Notes: generated by a model from the letters alone, not told the origin. Numbered from the whole stretch's first letter, positions 34,309 through 51,266 are shown. The stretch is 63,549 bases of DNA, filler included, from Basidiobolus meristosporus CBS 931.73 (GCA_002104905.1; 4 parts of 4 records of this genome joined end to end with filler, not necessarily neighbours in it); one strand, 5' to 3'. Translations and numbers: made by a program.

Positions 34309-36174
34309 ATTTATTCAAGTGGCCTTCTAAAGCCATTTCTACCTGATGGAAAATAAAACTTGGGACTAAGTCAAATCATCAATCAACCAAAAATCAATTG
34401 GATGCAGATGGGTCTTCAAGACAAAATACAAGGCTGATGGTACAATTGAAAGATACAAAGCAAGACTTGTGGCCAGACAATACTCTCAAGCAAAAGGACT
34501 TGACTATACTGAGACCTTTGCACTGGTAGCCAAGCTTAATTCCATCAGATTAATATTGGCTATTGCAGCCAAATATAAGTTTTTTATTCATCAAATGGAT
34601 ATAAAAACTGCATTTTTGAATGGAGAACTTGACAAGGACATGTATATGGACCAGCCTGATGGGCTTGTTGACCAAGATAACCCTTGTTTGGTCTACAAGC
34701 TCAAAAAGTCACTATATGGTCTCAAACAATCACCAAGAGCCTGGAATTGCAAGATATATTCTTATTTGAAATCTCCAAGTTTCAAAAGGAGTAATGCTGA
34801 CTATAGTATATACTGTTAGCCAGATAGAGCAAATCCAGTTATAATAGCTCTATATGTGGATGATCTTATTATAGCCACCAATAACCTAGAAACATTGGAA
34901 GAGACTAAATCCAGCCTATCCAAGGAGTTCAAGATGTCCGATCTAGGAGAACTCAGCTACTACTTGGGGATTAAGTTCTCCATAGACAGAAGTACCCAGA
35001 CTATTACCCTAAGCCAATCCAAGTATATTCACAATATATTAAAGAAGTACAAAATGGAAGACTGTAAACCAACAGCTACCCCAATGGAGACCAACCTTAA
35101 CTTGGTCAAAACTCAACCAAATCAAGAGAGCTTGGTGCCATCTGAAAGCCCTGAATTTCCTTAGCAATCTATGATCGGTAGTCTACTGTATATCATGCTT
35201 GGAACACGTCCAGATATCTCATATTCAGTGGGAGTTGTCAGCCAACATAATCAGAACTATGGATCTGATCATATTGCAGCAGTTAAGCGGATTTTTAGAT
35301 ACCTGAAAGGAACTGCTGATATCTGCTTAAGATACACTTATAAGGATTCAGAACAGGATCTTGTGGGATACTCTGATGCAGATTGGGGACAAAATTTGGA
35401 AGACAGAAGATCCACCACAGATTAGACCCTTCTTTACTGTAAAGGAGCAATTTCATGGAATTCAAGAAAGCAATCAACTGTAGCACTTTCTACCACAGAG
35501 GCAGAGTATATGGCAGCCTGTGAAGCTACAAAAGAAGCAAGGTGGCTAAGAAAGCTTTTTCCAGATTTAGGCCTATGTCAAAATTGCCTATTACATTATT
35601 TCAAGATAATCAAGGATGTATACAATTAGGTAGAAATCCAACTTTTCATGCTAGTACTAGGCACATAGATATTAGACATCATTTCATACATGAAGCTATA
35701 GAGAATAACTTAGTCAGCTTAGTTTACTGTCCCTCAGATGAAATGATTGCAGACATATTTACCAAACCATTAGCTAGAGACAAGTTTGAATATCTTAGGT
35801 CAAAATTAGGACTAGTCAGTATGAGCATTTAGCTGAGTGGGAGTGTTGTAAAAATTTGAATTTCCACCTGAATATTCACCTAACTTAGTCACTTAGATCA
35901 TTACCTTCAAATCCTAGAGAATACTGACCAAATTCCTTGTTGGGATTTACTTAGAATATTTACCCAGAACATGAAAATTAGATAAGTTGTCCAAACAGCC
36001 CCAGACTTTACACACATGCTCTTGAGACCTTCCTTAACCCATTCTATATGTTTGTAATGCCAAGATCATGTAAAAGTATAAATACTGCTTTTCATTCAAT
36101 AAATCATTAAGTGAAAACCACATAATCTACTTGTTCTCCCAATTGCTTCCAATATCTCCAAGACTCTTAAAACA
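34309..36174 (+). mobile_element. 3' end of a Ty1/Copia element (RT, RNase H, PPT, 3' LTR 35844-36174)
   Basis: YKARLVARQYSQ..GLDYTETFA, QMDIKTAFLNG, LKKSLYGLKQSPRAW, LYVDDL, GYSDADW and HIDIRHHF; purine tract GAGTGGGAG immediately before the TG..CA LTR. Confidence 0.9.
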
Positions 36175-37073
36175 AGATAGGCTTTAAGCGCCTGACCTCA
36201 GATCTGGAGTCTTAAGTGCTATAAAGCTCTAAGAAGCACCAACAGTTTCCTGGGGGCTAGAGAAACTACAAGACATTTGCTTGATACTTCACTCAGCCTT
36301 AATATAGTATTCATTATTTTGCAGAGCTTCTGAAGCATGCGTTGACCATACTGGAAAAAACTCTGCAGAAGTTATATGCAAGTACTGTGGCTTTTGAGCA
36401 CTTTTGCAAAGTCCCAATAACTTTCAGGCCTTTACTAGCTCTAAGAGCTATTTGATATCTTATGACAACATACCCAATGCCAGCGGAATGCCTGTATAAT
36501 TACAACAGATATACAAATCATCTGAAAGTTACATTGCTCACGATTAGGAGTTCTAGCCTTGCTGGGGACCAATAGACAGGTGTCTTAGATAGGGTTGTAT
36601 CCGGGTTACTCTTATTCCAAATATGGTCAGAGTCAGCTCACTGACTGCAGTGATATTTAAAGTTGGGGATTCAACTGAAAAATACCAGAGGAATGCCAGT
36701 AAAATATCAGTAGCAGTCCGTATGAAGTCCTAGTAGGATCTTTACATCAAATCCCCCCACCACCGCTTCCAAATACTCAGCTCATACGACCCCTAGCTTC
36801 GAACCTCCCACCTACAATCTCTTCGAAACCATCCGCATTGTGCACAGTTGTGGCTATAAATGATAAGGAGGTTTTCAACCAAAGCGATTTCTAGATAACA
36901 CTGTAGAACGCAGTGCCTATTCTTATGGGCTGCGGATGATCCGAGATGATATATCGAGATTGGTGGAACATCGCGGACGATGATCCAAATAGGTCGATGA
37001 GGCATATTTGCCATTACCTGAGGGCCAATATATATATCTCCGGGATAAAGACCGGTGGAGCCATACGAAATTC

Positions 37074-37736
37074 ATGAACGCCTTCACCGTGAGTCAGAAT
37101 TTTCGAGTCGCTCCTTGGAGGCTGCGTGGCCTGGCGTGGAGCAGGCTGGCGGTTATTCCTAGGGCGTACAGCAGTAGTTGTTGTCAGCACCAGACCAAGA
37201 AGGAGGACAGCCACCCCCCGGGTTCCGACCACTCGCTCCCCGTCTCTAACCTGTCGTTCTGGTCGGACTCAACCGTGTGGAAACGGGCTGGGATCAACAC
37301 CACCCGCTGCCTCGTTGGTTGCTCCTTGGGGGACCTCAGCATGTTCATGTACCTGACCCATTACCACCCGGACGTGTCCATACTTTACAGCATGCCGTTG
37401 TCCATGGCGGCAGGGCTTGGCACCTCCAACGCGCTGGAGACGGTGTTCCTGTATTACAAGGAGCGGTTCAACTCGGTCAAACAGGCGTTCCGAACCGCCG
37501 CCGGCATGAGTCTGATCTCCATGCTGGTTATGGAGGCGTCCGAGAACCTGGTGAATCTGTACACCACCAACCAGTTGGTCAAGGCGACCGGTTGCTCGTT
37601 GGCCGAGCTGACGTTGGCCAACAACGGGGTCGCCACGCTGGGTAGCATCCTCAGCGTCTCCATGTTGGCCGGATTTCTGGCTCCGTTGCCATACAATTAT
37701 TTCAAGTTGAAAAAGTACGGGCGTGGTTGTCACTAA
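37074..37736 (+). CDS. DUF4396-like membrane protein, intronless
   Basis: W.RA..NT.RCLVGCSLGD, TS..LET, A.GMS.ISM..ME..EN and AGFLAPLPYNY..LKK motifs; probable ATG at 37074 with an Arg-rich presequence. Confidence 0.75.
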   Translation: MNAFTVSQNFRVAPWRLRGLAWSRLAVIPRAYSSSCCQHQTKKEDSHPPGSDHSLPVSNLSFWSDSTVWKRAGINTTRCLVGCSLGDLSMFMYLTHYHPDVSILYSMPLSMAAGLGTSNALETVFLYYKERFNSVKQAFRTAAGMSLISMLVMEASENLVNLYTTNQLVKATGCSLAELTLANNGVATLGSILSVSMLAGFLAPLPYNYFKLKKYGRGCH

Positions 37737-37988
37737 ACTCAGTCCAATCCCATCCAATCCCATCCAATAAATCCATCTCCTTCACAATCAGTTTGATTTG
37801 TTTACTCTTGATGCACCATATTTATTGTGATCGATCCTCACTCCATGGAGCGATCGTGAAGATGGGCTCTCCCTCAATCCAAATAACGCCCAAGTAAGTA
37901 TCGCTCTGTATCGTCAAGTCACTTTCAGCCAGCTTATCCGAGTCCCCTAGGCTTTTTCAGGAGAAACCCACCGACCAACCTACACCGA

Positions 37989-40817
37989 ATGAGCCAAGCC
38001 CGTTCAACTTAAGTGACGACGAGTTTTGGGAAGAATGGGGACAAACGGTCCAAGTCAATCCCGCCCTTCCTAACCAACAAGAGGGCCCCGAGAGCGGACT
38101 TCAAAAGCGGCAACTTCAACTGAAGGAGCGCCCTTTCCCCTTCAACAAAATCTTCACCGAAACACCGCCATACCACCCATACGACGAGCAACAAGGGACG
38201 CCTTCACCCTTGTACCCAAATACACCCGAGAACCCCGAGTTTACCCCACTCGGCCCCACCTACTCTACAAACTCCAACCCTTTCAACACTTCCGATTCCA
38301 CCTTCGCCTTCACCCCCAACCAAAATCCCAATGAGAGCCCCTGCGACACGAACCAGGAGGAGTTCTGGAGAGAGTGGGCCGAAGAGTTCAAAACTCCCCC
38401 CTCCACCATAAATCATCCTACTCGAACGGCCGAGAATAGCCTCGGTAGGGTGTTCACTCCGGAAGAGATCGACTTGACCAATTCACCCACGGCAACCCCT
38501 TCCCCGGACCTCAAGAAGGCTTCTCTGGATTCACCAGACAGCGCGAACCTTCCCTCCTTGGCGTTCGTCACTGTGAGAAGGACCGGACGTCGCGACAGGC
38601 GGTTCCAGTTGAGAAACTCCACCCCGGGATCACCGCTCAACCCCAATAATCGCAAGGCTGACAACAGGAGCAACATCCATAGCGTCGCCGATCGATTCTC
38701 CGCTATTCAGCTGGACAGTGAGGAGGAGGGAGAGGTCGGGAAGGAATCGAGTCCACCACGGGGGAACAAACCCGAGGGTCCCACCGAAATGGACGACGAG
38801 GAGTCGTTGAGTGAGGCGTTCTACACTCCTGCACCTAGAGGTCGCCGAAGAATGGTGATTCTAAGCGATGAAGAATCCGATGGTGAGGAGGAAGCCGCCG
38901 CGGAGAGTCCACTACCCGAGATCAGGCCCGAGACCGAGACGGAGTCCGAGGAATCTGAGCATGAGACCTTGGAATTCAACGTGGACTCCGAGGCGACCAT
39001 GATCGAAACGAATTCCAGCCTGAATTGCACCCCGGAGAAATTGAGTGAGGACCGGGTCGATAGTCCGGACAGCCTGTTTACGGTCAAGCGAAGAATCAAG
39101 CCCAACCGACTCTTGGTGGTGGACAGTGACGACGAGAACTCCGATTCGGAAACATCCCAACCTCAACCTCCCACTCCCCCCTTCCAATCTATTGAGGTGG
39201 ACCTGAACGACCCTGAGTTCGATGGAGCACACAATGCTACCCCCGACAACCCTCCGCATCGGGATGTTCAAAGCTCGATCTTTGACACCCCTGAGGATAT
39301 CCAACCGCCCAAGTTCACTGTAGATAGCGACAACGAGATGGACGGCAATTCCGAAACCGAAGGTACCTCCCCCCCCCCCTCTCTCTCCCAGAAACCATCC
39401 TTTCCGAACCTTTCACTCACCTTGACCAGTCAGCTCCGACGACTCCGACCTCGACTCCGGGATCATTGTGTAGTAAGTAGGCCCCTTCTATCGAAGTGAC
39501 TGTGACAGAGCGATCGCTGAGCAGGGAGATTTTTCTAGCGAGGGAAACATCACGAATCGAGTGATCGAGATCAAGGAGGATGACACGTTCTGGATGGAGC
39601 CACCACCCACCCCGGAGACCCCTCGGACCCCATACAGAACTCCCCAGCCAGCCACCCTGATCGACTCCTCTTCCAAGACCGCCACCGTCCGACAATTCAA
39701 AAAGCATCGGGAACACCTGACCCGGGAGCTCTTCCACGAGTACAACCGGAAGGTGTTCGACAACAAGCTACCCAAGGAGATGAAGATCACCTGGTCGGTG
39801 ACACTGAAAACGACCGCTGGCCGAGCGATTTCTCACAGGTATCGTTGGCGGCACCCATCCTCTCCCGTGGTATCCGGTATTCACCATTCACTTTAGGCAA
39901 AGACGTGACGACGAGTGGACCTACGTCTCCAGGGTAGAGCTCTCGACCAAAGTGGTGGACAACATCGGTAAGTTCCCCTCCTCCTCCTCCTCCTCCCCCT
40001 CCCCCTTCCCTCGCCTAAATGAGTAGCTAACCAAGCGACCATGGGCCAGATCGACTCCGGAACACGTTGGCTCACGAGCTGTGCCATTGCGCAGCTTGGA
40101 TCATCAATCATATCGCGAAACCGGCGCACGGGGCCGAGTTCAAATACTGGTAATTCATGGCGACCTTGACCCCATCCCTTTCGAACCGTCACTCACTCGG
40201 TACAGGGCACAGCAAGTGATGAAGGTCTACCCGGACCTCAATATCACCACCTGTCATTCCTACGAGATCGCCTACAAGTACTACTTCGAGTGCGTCAACC
40301 CCATGTGTAAGAAAGTGTAAGTGTGGACGATGTTCTTCATAACTGCCCGTCACCGTACCCGTACCCTAACCCGTACCCTAACCTCAATCCGTCTAGTTAC
40401 GGCCGACACTCGAAATCCATTGATCCGGATAGACACGCGTGCGGAGTATGTCGCAGGTAACCCCCTAGAAAATCACCAATTCACCCGCATACGACTAACC
40501 CCTGAGACGCTAGCAAACTGCGGGAGATGGAGAGGCTGAAGAAGGATGGGACACCGTTCAAGAAACGGGAACCCAACAAGTACCAGCTGTTCATCAAGGT
40601 AGGTTGGATGTTATCGTGGAACCATGGTGGTCGGCGCTGACCCAGCATATCCTTACCGCAATAGGAGAACTTCAGACGGGTGAAGGATGCGAACCCGTAC
40701 GCCACGCAGTCCCAGTTGATGTCGCTGCTGTCGGCAGAGTACAAGAAGAAGTCCGCCCAGGAGAGCAAGGCCATCGACGAGTTGGCCAACTCCATTCACC
40801 GGATCGAACTGGACTGA
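37989..40817 (+). CDS. GCNA: GCNA/ACRC-like protein: acidic disordered N-terminus, SprT metalloprotease (HELCH), Zn finger, HMG box
   Basis: Acidic low-complexity 38210-39450; FHEYNRKVFDNKLP..I.WS..L.TTAGRA; TLAHELCH; HGPEFKYW; HSYEIAYKY...C; C-terminal HMG-like NKYQLFIKENF..VK. Apparent 1-bp indels. Confidence 0.85.
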
Positions 40818-41052
40818 GCATTCATGTAAAGAACGAATCCATGTATTTTTAATCCCAGGAAAGGGAAGGGAGGAGATATGGTACGACTGCGTGTGACTTC
40901 ATCTCACCCGGCTCCAATAAACTTGGTTAATTCAAATCATCCACTTAATCATGTTCAGATGGTGGGACGTTGAAGGGGGATACCCGCTGACCTAAATCGA
41001 ACCAGCACCCTCCGTTATATGGCCCAGTGACAACCAGCTCTAGGCACTGACG

Positions 41053-43656
<2,604 letters not shown>

Positions 43657-43905
43657 TCCCACCTCCACATCAACAGACGTGTATTCCACCCGAACCGATG
43701 TATTTTCTCCCATTAAAATCGAGTTCACAGCGAAGGAATTGTCTTAGATCCGGACCCATTTAAATCAGGATCACATCAATATTTGGTTACGGTTCTCTTT
43801 AGAAAGTAGTCGCAGTGAAAGCCATAGTAGCAGTACGTCCTAAGTACACGGCATATGCATCGATATCGAGAGAATCCGAATTAACCAACCCACACGCTCT
43901 AGGTA

Positions 43906-46900
43906 ATGGACTCTGCGACCCAACCGACCCAACCGGACCAAAGCACCCAGGAGGTATCCCAATCCCAAGAGGTACCCTTTGCCCAGGAAGAGATCCTCGC
44001 CAAGCTCATCCCCCTATCCCCCGAATTCCCACCTGTGGACTTGTTCAAAGAGAAACTGGAGTTCGGCTATCTCCTTGGTAGACATCCAGGTTGCGACGTC
44101 GTCCTTCCCGACGACAGACGCATCAGCAACAAACATTGCAGAATCTTCACCGTACGTACACATACTCCGTTGGTCGAAGTGGACCGAGACGTCCGACTTT
44201 ATTGACCCAACTTCTTCAGCCTTACAAAAACGACCATTCCATACACGGAACTTCTATACTCATCGAGGATCTCAGGTAATCGACAAACATGGTGCTGAGT
44301 GGTTTCCCGAGAATCAAACTGAACCCCATCCCCCCACCCCACCTTCCTGGTGAATCGTACGTTAGCACCAATGGCACATACATAGGGAAAAAACCTCTAG
44401 GGAAAGGCAACCGGATTTTGTTGGTTCACGGGGACGAACTTTGCTTAGGGACTTTACCCAAGTCGAATGGTCGCTCAGGACACCGTCAGTGTTTATTTAC
44501 GTGAGAGGCGGCACCTGTACCGAGGCTGACGATTATTTCCTAGACTACCTGTTTCAAATCACAAACCACGAACCGGAGACTCAGGTGACTCAGGTAAGAT
44601 GCGACCATATCCAGCAAGCTTGTGACAATCGGATATCGCTCAGCACTGAACCTTCAACCAGAAAAACCACGCGATCATCCACGAGAAGTATTCGTTTCGG
44701 CATATTCTTGGCACGTACGTGGACTTGGGTCGTCTTGGCCACTGATCGGCCCCAAATAACCCTCACCTCCGTTTAGCGGGAACTTCTCGGTCGTCCATCT
44801 GGTGGCAGACAAGCAGACGGGAGAAAACTACGCGTGTAAGGTGATCGATAAAACCCGGTTCTTCATGAAGCCGAAAGTCAAGGAAGCCTTCGCACGTGAA
44901 GTGGGTGATCAAAACCGGCCCGATATCCCCCCGAGAGTTCGCTAATACTTGTTTGTACATCAACCAAGGTCAAGATACTGAAAACCCTCAACCACGTAAG
45001 TGAATAAGCACTGAAATCCCGAACCAACCCTCGATGATTCCCGATTCCCTAATCCCTCTGAAGCCGAACATCGTCTCTTTCGTCAGTTGCTATGACACCG
45101 AGGAGACCCTGTGGATCGTCATGGAGCTGGTCACCGGTGGAGATCTTCTCGCCTACATCACCGAAAAGGGAACTCTGCCGGAGAGTGAATGCAAGTCACT
45201 TTTCCACCAGATATGCCTCGCCTTGCAGGTAGGCAGCCTTGCCGCTGAACCCTTCACCACGCCCCGCTAAAAGCGCCTAGTATTTACATCATCAAGGAAT
45301 CACCCATCGTGACATGAAGCCCGAGGTGATTGACAATTTCCTTGCTCCAGCAATCCCCAAACACTTAGCATTCTATAGAATATTTTGATGACAGATCAAG
45401 AGAAGAACACCATAAAGATCTCGGACTTTGGTAGGTGCTCCGGCCTTTCCGCCGTTCTAGCCACACGATGATTAATCTCTACCATTGAAAGGACTTGCCA
45501 AGGTAGTAAGCGAGCAGTCGATTCTACAAACGATGTGTGGAACCTTGACCTATTTGGCACCAGGTAAGGCGGTGATAATCAACGAGCCGGCTTCGCAGAG
45601 GACTAATCGCTCTGCCTGTAGAAATCATGTCAGCCGATAGCCAGAGAAGCTATAGTCAAGCAGTCGGTGGGTACACTTCTTCGTAGGCAGTGATTTCCAC
45701 GGAACCTTACCATTCCCATTGTAGATCTGTGGTCGTCAGGAATTATATTGTACTTAATGTAGGCGCACTAGGCTGGCGATTCTTTCGCGATAGATACTGA
45801 CGGGAATCCCGACCCTCGTGCAGGCTGTTTGGAAGTTTCCCTTTCTCCCCACCAGAATCGATGCCTACCAAAATAGAGACCCCACGTGTATTGAAGTTTC
45901 CAAAGCACCCGAGGGTCAGCGACCAAGGTAGCCACGTATCATCAACCTCCATTCTTGACCGACCTCACTCATCAACCAGCCCCTTGTTAGCAAAACACCT
46001 CTTGGAACGCCTACTAACCGAAGACCCGAACAAACGAATCAATATCGATGAGACGCTCGATCATCCTTGGTTCACTGTAGGCTATTACTTACCTAATCCA
46101 CCTTTCCCGGTCATTGATCTCACCCATGGCACTGCCTAAAGTCCGACCCACACTCCGCCCTTATAATCGAGGATAAACCCTCAGCAAAGCGAACATTCGA
46201 CTCCACTCAAATCAAGAATACCTCCAATAGAACCGACCTTATAGAGAGCTCATCATCCGAAACCTCCAATACCACCGGTAACACCCCCACGCCTGGCAGC
46301 GAACAATCCCATCATATCACTAAATCCACCCCCATTTCCAACAGAGGAGAACCCAGCCCAACATTGGGGAACCCTCAAGATAGTCCCCGGGAGTCGTACG
46401 GGAAAAGACGTTCAACTCTACCGAGAATCAAACTTTTTCGGTCGAAGCACAAGTGAGTTCAAGATGGGTGTAGCGATGATGGGACGCCCGTTGACCAACG
46501 TTTTTCCCTTAGAGAGCGAGATCCAAATCCAGGATCCCCGAATCAGCGGTAAACACTGCAGAGTGTGGAAAGACGCGGTGAATCAAGCCTACTTGCAGGA
46601 TCTTAGGTAAATCGGGCTCCTCCTCTTCTTCCTCACCCGCTACCTGAGCCAACTCCTCCCTTTGTTGTAGCGCCAACGGGTGTTACGTGAATGGCCACCC
46701 GCTGGGGAAAGGGAAGGTCACCTTGCTAAATGACAACGACGTGATCGGCATCATTATCAACGAAGCCGATGTCAATGGTAGCGTAAACGTCTACATCCAC
46801 AACTCCCCGTAGCCCGTAGCTCAACCCACTCCTTTCACGTCATAAGATTTCGTCAAGTACGTATTCAAGTCGAATGTCACCTCTACCGTGGCATCGAACC

Positions 46901-47694
46901 TGCAATCGAGCGTGTTCCGAATCCCCCTCCCCTCTCCACAGAAGAACCGAGTCTTGGTAGGCTTCCGGTGAACCCCTCATCCTCCTCCTGGATCAATCAC
47001 TCACTCGGCTCCAAGCATCTTCCAACAGATTCCCCCACAGCCAAGCGAAAGAAATCCCTGGATCACCGGGAGGTGACGATCTGGGGCAGACTCCGATCCT
47101 TGCACTCAAATCACCCGAACGTTTGGCTGAAAGGGCACCAGCTGGCCTTCGGAAGGCATACAAGTTAGAATCCATGGATCGATTCCTTTGTGCGCCTATG
47201 TGACCTTCTAACCGCATTGAAATTTAGGTTGCCCCGCGGCAGTCAGATACAACAACCCCATAATCAGTAGCATACGTAGGTTCAGCCACCCTCCCCCCCA
47301 CACACACACACACCATTGCTCACCGGATATTTAGATTGCAATCTCGAGCGACGTGGGAACGTCGTTTACTTGAAAGATAAGAGGTGGGTCTGCGGAGCAC
47401 GAAGAGATCCTTGCACGTTCACTAACCTCGACCCGTTCACTGGGACTTTGTAGCACCAACGGGACCTTCGTCAATGGTAAGTTGCTAGGCCAAGGAAACG
47501 AGATCGCCCTGAAGTCCATGGACCAAATAGTCCTGGCCTATGATGACAAGAGTCCCCCGGGTAACCGCGACGCGGAATCGGAAGGTAACGGAGGATGGGA
47601 GGAACTTTTCTCAGTAGATGTGACGACTAACGGCTCCACAGTCCTGATAGGATATTGCTACGAACCGTATGATCTGCTCGAACAATGTAAATAA
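43906..47694 (+). CDS. Chk2/Rad53/Dun1-type FHA Ser/Thr kinase with additional C-terminal FHA domains
   Basis: N-terminal TQ/SQ sites; FHA (GR..S.KH..STNGT); kinase motifs G.GNFS, YACKVI, HRDMKPE, DFG and DLWS; two further FHA motif sets at ~46370-46870 and ~47060-47540. Confidence 0.85.
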
Positions 47695-47811
47695 AGGGAC
47701 ATCGACAAAATTTTTATTGGTACATCAACGGGAATTAGAATAGAACACGAAATAATACAACCAGGACATCTTGATCTAAGCCTACTCACTCACTGCTCAC
47801 TGCCGCGAGCA

Positions 47812-49129
47812 CTACTCCGCCGAAACAAAGGCACGGTAATAGGTGGCCGGCTCCTCATCACTGCTCAAGGTGACCTCGATGTCGGGAGAGATGAACCAAA
47901 CCTGGCCTTGCTTCAACGGGATCGTCTCCCCGGAATGAGCCACGCTCCCGCTCCCCTTGGTCACGATCAGAATACTGGGTCCATGGATGCCGGGCACTTT
48001 CTCCTTGCAGTTCGCCGGGAGCTCTGTACGGAGGACCGAGAACTCCTCGATGGGTGGGTCGTAGAGGAGCGAGTGGGTCAGCTGATGGAACTTTTCCCCG
48101 TGCATGATCTTCGACTGGATGTCGTAGGATTCGTACGTCAGCATCTTCACCAACACCTGGACGTCCTTGAATTTCGGGGTCAGCCCGGAGCGCACCACGT
48201 TGTCGCTGGTGGCCATGCACTCGATGCAATCCCCGGAGAGGTACGCGTGGGGCTCATTCGCCTGAAGGAATATCGCCTCCCCAGGTTGCAAGACGGTGTA
48301 GTTCAGGAACAGCACCGCGAAACACCCGATGTCCCCAGGGTATTGGGAGTTCAGTCGCACCAGGAGTTCGGTGATCTCCGGGTGCTTTGACTCCTTGGTG
48401 ACTCTGGCCAGTAGCGCGGTCAACTCCCGCTCGACAACCTGGCTCTCTTGGGTCATCACCGCTTGGAAGAGGGCCTTCAAGGCGTTCTTCTTCTCGAGGG
48501 AGCCCACCTCACCCTCGGCATCGGGGAATCTCTCGAGAGTGGAGTTGAAGTGTTGCACCAAGTCGGCCCCCACCAACCTGGCAAACTCCGGGTATTCTTG
48601 GAGATGTTGTCGGATCACCTCCAGCGGTCTGAACCCGCATAACGCCTCGAACGGGGTCAGGGCAACCGCCATCTCCGGCTTGTGGTTGGGGTCTTTGTAC
48701 AGGTCGGGACGTTCGCTGAACAGCTGCTGGGCCAATTTCTTGTCCGGATGCGCTTGGATGGAGAGGGCCTTGTTGATGGAGAGCACCTTGAATAGAAAGG
48801 GGAACTCTCCTTCGTATTTCCGGTAGATCTCCTCCGTCGACAGCTCCACCTTCTCCGATATAAGGCTTTTCAGGGATACCGGCTCCTGGCCTGGAAGGAG
48901 GGCGACCGAGGGGGCGTTCGGATGCGTACCCATCCATAGCTATGTAGAGGTTAGTTTAGTAAAGGACCAGGACTTGGGAGGGAGCTCGGCATACCTCAGC
49001 GTAGGGCTTCTTGGGCTCCACAACGAAGTCGGGACTAGCCTGAGCGTATTGTGCGACCTTACTCTCACCACCCAGCTTCCCCCACTCGTAACTTTGAGTC
49101 TGGCACTGTAACTGGAAGATAGGGTTCAT
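47812..49129 (-). CDS. PMI40: Mannose-6-phosphate isomerase (type I), one intron
   Basis: QSYEWGK, PYAELWMGTHP, PFLFKVLSINKALSIQAHPDK, NHKPEMA, EPHAYLSGDCIECMATSDNVVR. Confidence 0.95.
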
Positions 49130-49516
49130 GGGCTGAGGGGATATCTTGGGAAAGGGTTCTAGTGAAACGTGCAAATGTCACCACCATATCTTTTATACAT
49201 CCCGCCTTGATTCCTGCCTGTGGATCTGGGTAATTGAGATAAGTCTACATGTCAACATCCCACCCAATACGTACTGATTGACTGATTGGGTACTGTGAAA
49301 CGTGGACGAGGGTTCGGTTCTGGTGACCCGACACCACACCGATACCAACAGCGTCGACCATTTCGGAAGGTGGTTTCAATTGATCATTTACCTGGACATT
49401 CGACCACCAAGATATGGCGTTGAATCATCCTAAACCATGCGAAATGAGGCCAAATTTATCGACAAAATTATCAGGATTTATTAACTTTAATACAAATGGG
49501 AACGTAGGGGATGCAT

Positions 49517-50135
<619 letters not shown>

Positions 50136-50525
50136 GGTGATAAGAGTGGAATCCAGTACCATCCAATCCCCCCTACCTTTATAAACTCCCATTGACAGGG
50201 CCACTACACACTCATTCCCGCATTGTCCACTATCCCGGGGCCTTACAGTTCCCTCTCGTAACATCAGCCGTAGCGTTCACTGGCTATTTAGGTTCATTTA
50301 AAGATGTGCTACAGGTTTTATTTCCAATTCTTCACCTTATCTTGTTCTACATGGCACGAGCGCATGATGGTTTTACCTAAAATTGTGAAATCAGGTGATC
50401 ATGGGAATGGCTGAAGAACACGTTTATTTGGGCTGAGGGATTGAATTGACGAGAAGCCAGAAGGTCGAGGGTGAGGGATGAGGATGAGGAATGAGGGGTG
50501 AGGGAGGGGGGAGTGGCCATGGGAT

Positions 50526-51266
50526 TTAACTGGCTTCAGTGGACAGCCTCGGGGGATGCAGTTTTCCGGTGACTGCTGGATCGACAGCAGTTGGCTTCTT
50601 GTTGTGCTTCTTCTTCTCCTTCTTCACCTTGACGGGTGCGACGGGGGCAGGATAGGCGAGGTCAGCCAACTTGCGGAGCTCGGGATCCTCAAAGACCTTA
50701 CGGATGGGGTCCAACATGCCGGTTCAACACCTCGATCACGGACTTCTTCAAATCTCCCAGGATGAATCTCCTTGTTGGCGAAATCCGCCTCCAATGCCTC
50801 GTAGTTGGTGTAGACCACGTTTCCACCGTATTTCTCCGGGCGCAGGATGGTGAAGTTGGCCTCCTTTCCGTTCAAGGAGCTGATGGGCAAGAGGACGTAC
50901 TTGACGAAGCTGAGGACTCCGTTCTCGGTGACATTGCCCTCCTCGCAGAACGCCTTCTTGATCTTCTTTTCCACTGTCTTGGGCTCGTCCAAGAGGTCGA
51001 GTTTGGAGTCGACATCGGAGGCGCTCATCTTGCTGCCAGTCAATCCGGGAACCATGGGGTTCATCAAATGGGCGCGCTTCTTGTAGCCGAGGTGTGGCAG
51101 GTATTTCTCAGCGAAAGTGAAGATCTTACGTTGATCCACGCCACCGAATTGGGCATCCACTCCGAGGTATTCCTCGTCAAGTGCCTGCAGACCGGGGGTA
51201 AAGAAGACCGCTGAGGAGTGCGGAGTCCACCTGCTTTACCACCTCAGCACCGGCCTTCTTGGCATC
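50526..51266 (-). CDS. TYS1: Cytosolic tyrosyl-tRNA synthetase, 3' part (truncated by the contig end, indels)
   Basis: [40 protein letters not shown] (KMSKS-type), KKAFCEEG and HPGDLK remnant. Confidence 0.92.

Noticed and set aside
40360-40390. CCCTAAC repeats resembling telomere sequence
   Set aside because: Lies in a GCNA intron; CTAAC is the branch-point consensus, duplicated by slippage.
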